Source: the human T2T-CHM13v2.0 reference genome, Homo sapiens. From it: DNA of 64,000 nucleotides. Below the pieces are notes generated by a model. That model saw only the letters and a program-made list of their open reading frames with translations. It made no database searches and was not told the origin of the DNA. The stretch lies in the NCBI RefSeq assembly GCF_009914755.1, contig NC_060938.1, one strand, 5' to 3'. The translations under genes and the position numbers were made by a program. Of this stretch, positions 1 through 24,378 are shown piece after piece; position 1 is the first letter of the stretch; each line of letters starts with the position of its first letter.

Positions 1-73
1 CCAAATACTGTTTTCTCCTATGGGAGATAAAGCTTAAACATGAGTTTTGGAGGGGACACATTCAGAGCATAGC
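1..73. mobile_element. Terminal fragment of a MaLR-type LTR (MST/MLT1A-like), truncated by the window edge
   Basis: aaacatgagttttggaggggacacattcagagcatagca resembles the conserved end of MST/MLT1A LTRs (recalled consensus). Confidence 0.5.
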
Positions 74-1192
74 ACACCCACCATAGACACTAGATGGTGA
101 TAGGTCCTTTATTTCAAGGCCTGGTTCCAGTTATTTCGGACACCTGCTGAGCCTTAGGTTGTCAGGTGCTGAGACATGGAAAGACCTCACAGTCTAACAG
201 GAAGTGAATGAAAACAGTGACAGTGCAGACGGAAGCCTACGTGCACACACGGGGAGGTCTGACTGCCAGTGCCCCAAAGATGTGGTGTTCACACTGAGTC
301 TTCAAAGAGCTCTAATGATGAAGAGTGTTGGCTGAGTTCTTACCATGTGCCAAGGACCATGCTCAGTGCTTTTTCATGGATTAGCTACATTTTAAGGTGA
401 AAAAAAAGTTGGGTAATTGCCTAAAATTACACTGCCAACCTGAATCCAGCTCTTAATCCCTATCTGTAACAAAATCTCCCCAGTAAGTAGATAATATTTA
501 CTAAATTAAATTGAATCCATTCAGCTTCAGAAACTTTTTTCTGTGTATTGAAGTATGTTCTATCTAACCTAACATATTAAAGAATTTGCAGAGAAGTAAA
601 CAATCTTAAGATTATTCTGTAAGCACGTTTTTCCCTGCAAAATTAACAATGATGCAGCCCTGCCTCCAACTCCAGAAAAACCCTGGACTGAGGAGGCTGT
701 GGAGAAACCCTGTTGCTCTCTGAAAGCCCTTCATTGTTCCATTCTGGGGACTGGGTGCATGAAGGACCCCAAGGGTCTTTGCATGTTTCATCCTCTGACC
801 TTATGCTTAGTCGAAGTAAACCCTGTGTGAAAAGTTTATTTTGGCCTCCAAATGCCATACAGTAGGATTATTGTTTCCATACTCCTGCAGTTAAAATTCC
901 GTCTCCAACGTTTGTTGACAGTTACCAGAGAAGATGAGGGCATTATTCCCTGCCTTCATGACTTCTCTTCCCCTTTGCTCTTGTCTACACACGCTGCCCT
1001 TCTGAAAGTGAATCATGAGTATTTTCAGTCCACCCATACTAAATTACTTACAAAGGAAAAAAGGTAGTTAGCAACATTATTATTTTCTCCCATGAGTCTT
1101 TGGGATTTCTCTGTAGATGGTCTGCTCAAGCTGTAGTAAAAGTGACTGCTCTATCTTTGTTTAAAAATTATCTGATAAAATTCCATAGCTAT

Positions 1193-4280
<3,088 letters not shown>

Positions 4281-4378
4281 TAAAAGACTGGCATTCCTAT
4301 TTATGTAGATAAGTTCATTTTTTCTCATTGTACTGTATTTACCAAATAAATTTAAGACAAAAATGCCCTTTTTTATAG

Positions 4379-4482
4379 AGTAACACAGCATCTGGTGGAA
4401 TGACACGACGAAATACTTATGTTTGCAGTGAGAGAACTACAGCTGATAGACACTCAGTGATTCAGAATGGCAAAGAAAACAG
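4379..4482 (+). CDS. MARK3: MARK3 internal exon, 104 nt ([35 protein letters not shown])
   Basis: ttttatAG acceptor and AG/GTAGGA donor; translation contains the MARK-family MTRRNTYVC motif; absent from the ORF track. Confidence 0.95.
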
Positions 4483-5673
4483 GTAGGAGATTCTACCTGT
4501 TTGTAAGAAAAGTTGTTTTTCCCAAGAGAAATGGAAGCATGTTATTTACTGCTTTGTTCTTATAATCATTTTCAAATTAAAACTGTAAGTATTCTCTGAA
4601 GGTAAGTTAAATTTGTATACTAATTTTTAGCAAGATACTAGAATTCTAAATTCTTTTTGTTGTCCAGAGCATCATCCTCCTGCCTGGCTGTGTATGATGA
4701 TTAAAAGGCTTGAGTTAAACCCAGGGGGTTTCCTAGAGGAAGTAGATAGTAAGCTGTGGTTATGTTGTAGAACAGTGAATAAGGAAATGGAGATTGTCTT
4801 GTGCTCATTAATAACTTGAACAAAAGCCGAAAGTGGGGGAAGATAAGGACGTGAGGCAGAGAGTCATACCTCAGGAGAATGTACAGCACCAGGTAGCATT
4901 AAAGGTCCGCAGTTTACCAAAGGGTCCAGATGGCTGAGTCTAAATAGAAACACTGGAGAAGCCAAGAGAAGTGGAAAGTCCAGCCTTCTGAATGCTTTTA
5001 ATTTGGCTACATAGCAAGCATACATAGGATGAGCGTGACTTTAAAAAGACAATGATGTTACATGTCAATAAGGAGAGCATCCTATCATGCACATGATTTT
5101 CTTGGGGTTTTGAAATAAAATAAGTAGAGTCAGTAAAATGGGATTGGATAGGTGTAGAGACTCTGAGGTGGGGTTAGTCTGGGTGGAGAGAAAAGAGAAG
5201 TTAGATTGGTAGAGAATAGCTAAATATGCTATATTCTGTTCAGAACAAATTTCCCAGGCTGGCATGGATTTTCCTTCTTTGTTTTTGGAAGAGCAGTAAG
5301 TGTACATCATTCTTTTAACTTGAACATTGTTTGCATCAGAATTGTTCTGACATTTACTTTCTGCAGTTACGGTGTGAGGTTCTGTTTCTTAATCCTAACC
5401 TATGTTTGATCTCATTAGTCAAACAAAATGTTTGATCACTACATTTTGTGACAGCCTAATCAAAAATTCTCTCCTCCTTCATCCTTAGTTCCAAACTGCT
5501 TATCACTTCCCTGTTCCATAGGCCACTTAGGATTGAGTTGATATGAGGAGTAACATTTGTTCTGTAAGATTATGGTTATTATTCGTTGAATTTTTAGCAA
5601 TATTTACATTCTCTTGTTCTCTTTTATGACTCGTGTGTGTGTGTGTGTGTTTCAACATTGTCTTTTCTTATGA

Positions 5674-6065
<392 letters not shown>

Positions 6066-6238
6066 AGGTATTTCTTAATAGTAGTCTACTCTCTGGTAGA
6101 TTTGTATTATAGTTCAGTTCTTAACTTTCAAATTTCTTCTAGTTCAAAAGTGACTTAATAGAAAATATCAATAGAAGACTTAATTAGAAGTTTCTGGTGT
6201 TACAGATTGTAGTCTACAGGACTACAGAAATGTTTCAT

Positions 6239-14560
<8,322 letters not shown>

Positions 14561-14964
14561 AAATATGTCAGTGTGTTTTGGGAACAGGTTGAGAGCATAG
14601 CATGCTCATATTATATATTCATTTTACCACTTAGATTTGAATTGAGGCATCTCTTAGAATAGGTTTTATTTTGTGCATACCCTCAGAGGACATTGTCCCT
14701 CTCATAGAAACAGATATTCAAACATGTAATCTGCTATTTTATTTTAAGGTAATAGATTTTTATGATTACTGTTTGGAAAAAAAAAAAGCAACTATAGGTT
14801 AGCAGTTGCTCCAGAATCTCCAAAACAAGCTTAGGAGATTTTTATTCTTTACCAGAAATGAGATGGCTTGGGAGGAAGGTGTGTGCATTACACACAGGTT
14901 GCTCTGTGGTCACTGCTCCTTCATACTGTGTTTCTGCCTCTGCCTGAACCCAAACCCCTCCCAG

Positions 14965-15120
14965 CCTGACAGAAATGTTCGCTTACGCAGCTAGCCCTGC
15001 CTCAGTTTGTACATCTACCTGTCGGCTGAGACATCAGAAGTCGATGTCCATGTCAGCCTCTGGGCACCCCAAGATGATGTTACCTCCAATAGACAGTGAA
15101 GGAGATAACTTCAAGGCTAT
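14965..15120 (+). CDS. MARK3: Putative MARK3 alternative cassette exon, 156 nt (S-LTEMFAYAASPASVCTSTCRLRHQKSMSMSASGHPKMMLPPIDSEGDNFKA-I)
   Basis: ccctcccAG acceptor and AT/GTAAGA donor; phase 2-2, no stop in the MARK3 frame; peptide resembles MARK1 SLTEM...RHQKSMSTSGHP and MARK2 RQHQKSMSASVHP at the equivalent position (recalled sequences). Confidence 0.8.
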
Positions 15121-15789
15121 GTAAGAAAAATGCACATTCTTTGTGAAACTAATGTGTACCCACTGCTTCTTAATTTTGTGCTGTGGATTTTATAGTCTGA
15201 GATTTTGTTACAGTTGTCCACAAGGCGTCCTTCCTCCATGTGATTTTAGTTAAGCACATCTTTTGTCATGATGTCCTCGGTTGTGTATTGTGTGTCTTCG
15301 TGCCTTCGCGTACTACAAAATGTATAAGAAGTTCCTGCTCCTCCCAAGTTGCTTTCAGCATGTGGAATTTTATACATATATCATTTGTTTACTTCCAAAA
15401 CTTTTTAGTTGCCTGTTCTTCAGTTACGCCAGCATATCCTTTATTTCTTTCGTATTGGCACAGTTCTCTATGTAAGCAATTTGAGAGGGAAGCAAAGGGG
15501 AAAAGTTTGAGTTAGCTGTTCTCTGTCCTAGAATTTCCCTGCATTAATCTTGTCCTTGAAAATATATATAATACTGGTCCCTTAAACTCCATGAGGCTTT
15601 GTCTCATTATGTATTGTTCTTTTGGTACCCTTTCCCACTTAACTTACCTTTTGCTCCTAAGTCCTATAAAATACCCCTTGGATCTGGATTTTTTATACCC
15701 GATTTTCTCCACTGTGTATAAAAGGTATATTGTGACTGTAAATTTTTGTATATCATGTTCTGAGAGCTTCTTACTTTCTGATCTCATAG

Positions 15790-16047
15790 CACTATTCCTG
15801 ATCAGAGAACTCCAGTTGCTTCAACACACAGTATCAGTAGTGCAGCCACCCCAGATCGAATCCGCTTCCCAAGAGGCACTGCCAGTCGTAGCACTTTCCA
15901 CGGCCAGCCCCGGGAACGGCGAACCGCAACATATAATGGCCCTCCTGCCTCTCCCAGCCTGTCCCATGAAGCCACACCATTGTCCCAGACTCGAAGCCGA
16001 GGCTCCACTAATCTCTTTAGTAAATTAACTTCAAAACTCACAAGGAG
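15790..16047 (+). CDS. MARK3: MARK3 exon, 258 nt ([11 protein letters not shown]...[20 protein letters not shown]...[11 protein letters not shown])
   Basis: ctcatAG acceptor and AG/GTAAGT donor; contains the RSTFH motif, the conserved aPKC site of Par-1/MARK kinases. Confidence 0.96.
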
Positions 16048-17530
16048 GTAAGTGCTAGGTGCTGGTTGTTTTGGAGTGAACACATAGAGCAAAAGGAAAG
16101 ATGTCTTTTTTGTTGTGTGAAGCCACTGCTACCTTGATGCTTTTCAGTCTGCCTTCAGCTCATGGTTTTCTGGTTTTATATATATCTAACTTTATACTTT
16201 AAAACCTTTAAAGTAGAAATTGTAGAGCTCAGAGTCTTCATAACACTAAAAGTTAACTAGCATTTAGGAGGTTTTTGTTACTGTTCTTTAATTATTGTTC
16301 CTTTTGCTCACGTATCTGTCTGCATGGCATGTTCGTTGTTGTTGAGCAGGCAGACCTCGAGTTCTGGTGTGGGGTGGGGGGCTGGCACTCTGTAACAATC
16401 AGCAGGAAAGACCATGCATGTCTTTCATAATCATCTCCAGCCCCAGAGGAAAGAGACAGCTTCTCTTTTCTCACTTTATTGTTGTTAAGGAGCAGTAAAT
16501 TTCTTAAGAGTCCAAATCTTGAAAGTTTCTCTCTCAGTCTTAGTAATTTATATTGAGAGCAAGGTAATGTCCTTAAATGGTATAGTTTTGGAGATAAAAT
16601 CTCTGGTTTATTATCAAAAAATAATGTTACTATTATTAAGTTATTTTTATTAAATGCTGCATGATTCTTGGCTGATGGTCCTGGAAATTTTTTAAAATGT
16701 TCCATGTGTCTAGTAGGCTAGCATCTGGGGCCTCAGTAAACTCTCAAGGGTCCTTTGAGATTAACTTCATTTCCGTAACCTTGTTACCTGTTACAAAAGC
16801 CCAGAAATACTGGCTGCTTCAAGAGGAAAAAGAAAGGATACCACTTTGAACCGTAAACAATAGTGAAAGGCACCTTTCCGAGAAGGAGCCCAGGAAACCC
16901 AAGAGCCCCTGCAGTTTCAGGACATCCTTGGAGAAATGTTTTGAAATTAAGCCTAGCTGTGGATTAGTCTGTCTGTGGTATCTTGCAGGTTTGCCTAGGA
17001 CGGACCCTCTTATTTGTCATCTGTAGCTTACAGGACAGCAGTAGGAGTCTTTCCCGAGTCTGAAATGATCAGTACCCTCCTCTGTTTTTCTGCATTCCCT
17101 ATGGCCTATAGCCTATTACTTCATTTCACTCCATCTCCATTATTTAAACTAAGCTAAATGTAATCTTGTATTCGATCATCTGAAACTTCGGTGAGTCACA
17201 TTAAAGTCTGATCTACTTATTATTAGGACATGGAATAGATTAGGGAGTATTCCTTTTTTTTTTTTTTTTTAATTTTTTTTTTTTTTTTGAGACGGAGTCT
17301 CACTGTCGCCAAGGCTGGAGTGCAGTGGTGCAATCTTGGCTAACTTCAACCTCCGCCTAGATTAGGGAGGATCTCTGACATCCATTAGCATTAACTAGAA
17401 GTCAGACGCGTCAGAAGGTTTCTATTTACCCTCTTACTCACTTCTTAGCCCCTTTATTAAGCCACCTCATTTTAAACTGGGCAAAACAGAATCAGCCAAA
17501 GAGCTTTGCCAGGTTTGGGACACCCATTCA

Positions 17531-18373
<843 letters not shown>

Positions 18374-18419
18374 CTAGCCAACATGGAGAAACCCAGTCTC
18401 TACTAAAAATACAAAATTA

Positions 18420-18557
<138 letters not shown>

Positions 18558-18646
18558 TCAAAAAAAAAAAAAAAAAAAAAAAAGACTAGCATTGATTTTA
18601 TTACATGTATATAATGGAAAAAAGGAAACAAGATTATCATTGATAA

Positions 18647-18925
<279 letters not shown>

Positions 18926-18954
18926 TGAATGCTTATTATGTGCTAAGGTAGATG

Positions 18955-19110
18955 TCTATATACATAGATACAGTCATATTCATTTTATACATATAAATAT
19001 GTATGTACATTATATATATGCATATTTTATGTATAAAATGAGTATCATATATATACACTTATATGTGTGAAATGAGTATATTTATACACATGTACAAGTG
19101 TGCACACACA
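18955..19110. repeat. Degenerate (TA/CA)n low-complexity repeat
   Basis: tatatacatagatac...tatatatatgcat...cacacaca. Confidence 0.7.
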
Positions 19111-20346
19111 CTCATTTAATTTAATCTCCATAGTCCACCCCATTTTGTAAAAGAAACTGAAGGTGAAGTTTGGAGAGATTAAGGCACATATTTTAAAAAG
19201 TATCAGGGCCTGGTGCAGTGGCTTACGCCTGTAATCGCAGCACTTTGGGAGGCCAAGGCAGGTAGATCAGGTAGATCACTCAAGGTCAGGAGTTCAAGAC
19301 CAGCCTGGCCAACATGGTGAAACCCCATCTCTACTAAAAATACAAAAATTAGCTTGATGTTGTGGCACATGCTTGTAATTCCAGCTATTTGGAAGGGTGA
19401 GGCAAGAGGATGGCTTGAACCCAGGAGGCGTAGGTTGCAGAGAGCCAAGATCACACCATTGCACTCCAGCCTGGGCGACAGATTGACACTCCATCTCAAA
19501 AAAAAAAAAAAAGTATCAGGCTGAGCCAGGTCTATCTGACCAGACTCTGCCCTTTTAGCCACTACACTGTGCTCCCTTTAGAAAAAACAGTTGCAGGCGT
19601 GACAGTTGCATTACATTTATTTCATATATTTGAATTAAAATTGGAGACTCAGGCTTGTTGTTTAAAAAAATTCTAAGTGGTCATCTTGTTTACAATTTCC
19701 AGGCTATTTCCACACCCCCAGATTTTTGCAGAAAGATAGTCTTTTATCCTGTCTTGTTAAAGTTTATTAACTGAGGTCTGTTGTCTCCCTTAGTGCTATA
19801 CTTAATCAGCTACTGACAGTTTGTTCTTAAAAACAATCAAAATCCTTGCTAGAGTGGTTGAAAGTTCTTATCCTCCTTTAGCAATAATTGGTAGGATTAA
19901 AATTGCATTGCCTGAAAGGCTGAGGTGTTTGCACTTAGATGCTGCAAGGGAGACCTGGTGTGGCCAGGTCTGGAGAGGGCTGCAGTCAGGAAGCCTGCAC
20001 TCTGCTTGGAGAGCACATGGCTTTGGAGAGCTATGGGCTATTTGTAGTCGGGAGCAAAACTCTCTCTCCTTAGGATCAGGCCTGGCCTTGCTCAGAGACT
20101 GCAGAGTCACCCATACCCTGCAGGCAGAACAGCCAGGCACACGCAAGTGCCTCTGCCCTCAGGTTGATCCATGTTGCCATGGGCAGTGTGAAGGCCTCCT
20201 CCTGCAGCTGCCTCCTTCCTCTTTATACCTCAAGGGATTATGGGAGGAAAAGTTAAGAAAAGCACTTCTATAGTAATTGACCAGTAACCCTGATTTTTCC
20301 GGTGGAAGATTAGGAAATGTCCAGGCACCATGGCTCATGCCTATAA

Positions 20347-20862
<516 letters not shown>

Positions 20863-22017
20863 TGACCTGGGCAACATAATGAGACCCCCATCTCTACAAA
20901 AACATTTTTTAATTAGCCAGGAGTGGTGGTGCATGCCTGTAGTCCCAGCTACTTGAGAGGCTGAGGCAGGAGGATTGCTCAAACCCAGGAGTTTGAGGTT
21001 ACAGTGAGCTATGATCACACCACTGTACTCCAGCCTGGGTGATTGAGCAAGACCTTGTCTCTAAATAAATAAATATTTAAAAGTAAAAGAAAATTAGGAA
21101 ACAAAAATATATCTTAAAGACTTTTAATCATTTTCAACTAAAATATTTTGGATAATACTGCCTTATATTTAGGCAGTATATATTAAAGATTTTCACATGC
21201 ATGATTGTACTGTCGATGACCCTGCTGTATACTACTGATCTGATTATGAAGTGGTTGGCAGTTATTTATAGTAGTTAGACTTTTTTTAAATTGGTAGATT
21301 AATACCTAAAGCAATGCCAAAGTTATCCCAACCAAGGATTTCATTAATTTAGTCATTCAGCAGATATAGATGACTGCCTGCTATGTACAGTTACAGAACT
21401 GGACTTTACAAATAGAAATTAACAAACTCAGCCTATTTTTGCCCAGGGAAGCTGATCGCATTGATCATAAAAACCTCATTCGTAGTTTGAAAAATATTTT
21501 GTCAGATTATTTTCAGCACAACCTGCACATCTCCTTAAATTTTTTTAATGACCAGAGTTACCCCTTTTAAATAGAATTCTTCGTGTTTATTACATAAAAG
21601 TAAAATTCATACTGTTGTCTTGACACTTAGTTTTTATTCATTTTGAGATCTAAGACTGAAAAGTCTACTTGTTTAAATCCCCAATCACCTATTTTTTTCT
21701 TAAAAAGTGATTTATGTCATACCACTGTAGCAAATAATATGTTAATGTTTGTTTCATTTTCCTGAAAGAAGTAATGATTTTTACTTAGTGGTTAAATATT
21801 TTATAATGAAATTTTTAATGTTTATGTAATAAGGCAAGATTTTTGTTCATAAGGTATTCTGAAGAAAATTGAAAAATGTTTTATTACTAGTACATTGCAA
21901 ATGTCTTGTCACTTCTTTAACATAAGACATAAATTTTATCTTAGAAAGTGTATCTGGCCATTGCAGTGGCTCATGCCTGTAATCCCAACACTCTGGGAGG
22001 CCGAGGTGGGCTGATCA

Positions 22018-22263
<246 letters not shown>

Positions 22264-22521
22264 TTAATTACAGCTAATGTCAATATGTACTGCTAAACCT
22301 TTTCTTACTTTTTTTTGATATATTAAAAGATCACATACTCATTTAATTACCTGTAATAATTTTACTTTTTCAACAAATGTCAGCATTTCTTTGTTCATTG
22401 GCCAGAGAAGGAACCCTGCTTTGTTTTTTTTCTTTCTCTCTGTAATTGATTAGATTTTCTGTTTAATTTGTGCGAGTTATTTTTGTTAATTTTTTTTTTT
22501 TTTTTACTTAATTTCTTTTAG

Positions 22522-22548
22522 AAACATGTCATTCAGGTTTATCAAAAG
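22522..22548 (+). CDS. MARK3: MARK3 27-nt microexon (R-NMSFRFIK-R)
   Basis: Long U tract then ttttAG acceptor; AG/GTAGGA donor; phase 2-2; matches the RNMSFRFIK insert of long MARK isoforms. Confidence 0.92.
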
Positions 22549-23868
22549 GTAGGATTTATATATACACATTTATTTTTCAATCCTCACTCCCAAATGGCTC
22601 CTGCAATTAACATTAGGTTTGGCTTTCTGGCCCTGTTTTTTCCTTATAAACTAAACTTTCTGCTGATAACTAAATACTTAATTCCTTGAAAGGAAATTGA
22701 AAAGAAATAGATTAACTCTGTCAGGCATTTTAAAGGGACTATGGTACCCATGCAACAAAAGGCTGATGCATGCTCTGTGTATTTTCTTTCTTTGGTAGAA
22801 TTATTTAGCATCCAAATAATTCTGTCTTCATACTAATAACACTTAGCATGCTCCTGTTTGAAGAATGAGATGCTCAGTAATGTTAATGTACAATTAATGA
22901 TTATCCACAGGCATGCAAAAGGTAAGTATTAGTTGTGTTATTTTTATTTCACTGAGGATGGAATTAGCAAAAGGCTTTAAAATGACAGGAAAATTAGCTA
23001 ATACAGAAAACAAGCATAAAATTCAAAGCTACAGCCTCATTTGATTTGGCTTTTTCAGAAATTAAAATGTGAACAGCTGCGTAGCAGAAATGTTTTAATA
23101 TTTTCAGAGTTGAAAGCCACTTTCCAGCAACCACTGAAGAAAGAGTATCTCATTATTTTTACTTAAAGCACTACAGAAAGTGGTGTTCTGATTTTATTAA
23201 TATTTTTTAGACCAGGCATGGTGGCTTATGCCTGTAATCCCAGCACTTTGGGCGGATCACTTGAGCCCAGGAGTTCAAGACCATCCTGGACAACATGGCA
23301 AAACCCCGCCTCTACAAATAATATAAAAATTAGCCGGGCATGGTGGCACGCATCTGTGGTCCCAGCTACTCAGGAGGCTGAGGCAGGAGGATCACCTGAG
23401 CCCTGGGAGGTCAAGGTTGCAGTGAGCCATGATCATGCCACTGTGCTCCAGCCTAGGGGAGTGAGACCCTGCCTCAAAAAAGAAAAACATATTTTTTGAT
23501 GGTGATAATCAAGAAACCAAAAATATTGCTTTCTTAATGCACACATGAGGCAGGAAATCTTTCCTGAAGGGCTACATTGTACCTGTGCCTCTCAAGTCAC
23601 CAGAAGGCCAAGCTGCAGGTCAAAACTGCGGGAAAAGCACTTTCTTCCTGTTGGCAGTTCCATTCTATTATTATTTTTTAATTGATCTTCCCACTTGTCT
23701 GATTTTTCCTTGGACAGAACAGGTAATAACTGAATATAGAATCCAGCTGATAGCCTCATTGGCTTTTAATTGGAAACCCATTATACTGTGTGGCACAATT
23801 AGAAAGTGAGAATAACCCCATTCTGAGGCCGAGTGTGCTCAGGCTGAAGAGCCAGCAGGAGTGCCCGC

Positions 23869-23968
23869 TGTGCGTGCGTGGTGTGCGGTGTGTGCAGCAG
23901 TGTGTGCAGTGTGCAGCGTGCAGCGGTATGGCATGCAATGTGTGTGATGTATGCAGTGTGCAGCATGG
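23869..23968 (+). repeat. TG/TGC-rich low-complexity tract upstream of the 45-nt exon
   Basis: tgtgcgtgcgtggtgtgcggtgtgtgcagcagtgtgtgcagtgtgcagcgtgcag... Confidence 0.75.
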
Positions 23969-24187
23969 AGCTGGCCCCTGTGCACACCCCTGCAGCCTTG
24001 TGGAAGAAGGTAGCGCTGGCTCAGTCAAATGAGAGGAAGAGTTTTCATAAGCCCGGCTGGTGTTTAAAACGTGTTTTGGCTTTGTTCATTTTATGGTGTT
24101 GGTGTTGGTATTGGTGGTCATGTACTGGCATGTAAGATTTCTTTTCTCTTTCCCTCTTCTCTCTGCTTCTACATTCTGTTCATTGAG

Positions 24188-24232
24188 GCTTCCAACTGAA
24201 TATGAGAGGAACGGGAGATATGAGGGCTCAAG
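24188..24232 (+). CDS. MARK3: MARK3 45-nt cassette exon (R-LPTEYERNGRYEGS-S)
   Basis: Strong pyrimidine tract, unusual ttGAG acceptor, AG/GTGAGG donor; phase 2-2; peptide matches the recalled MARK3 long isoform. Confidence 0.92.
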
Positions 24233-24359
24233 GTGAGGGAAATGATTTTTACTTAAAATTTTTTTCAGGTGTTTACTTCATTTCTGTGGCAGAGGCGACT
24301 ATTTTCTGAATGTTCCCTACTGTATTCCTGCTGTCTCTGTAGGAGTTACGTAGAGAGGG

Positions 24360-24378
24360 TGGCCACAAGGGGGCGCCA
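24360..24378 (+). promoter_or_regulatory. CTCF motif
   Basis: TGGCCACAAGGGGGCGCCA versus consensus TGGCCACCAGGGGGCGCTA (17/19). Confidence 0.7.

Noticed and set aside
15591-16028. 145-aa ORF overlapping the MARK3 258-nt exon
   Set aside because: Alternative-frame shadow that begins in intron sequence; the real frame is set by the splice sites and MARK motifs.
16292-16705. 137-aa minus-strand non-repeat ORF in the MARK3 intron
   Set aside because: No recognisable homology, promoter or exon structure; plausible by chance.
23790-24032. Cys-rich ORF (CPLCVRGVRCVQQCVQCAAC...) resembling a metallothionein or zinc finger
   Set aside because: A by-product of the TG/TGC low-complexity tract.
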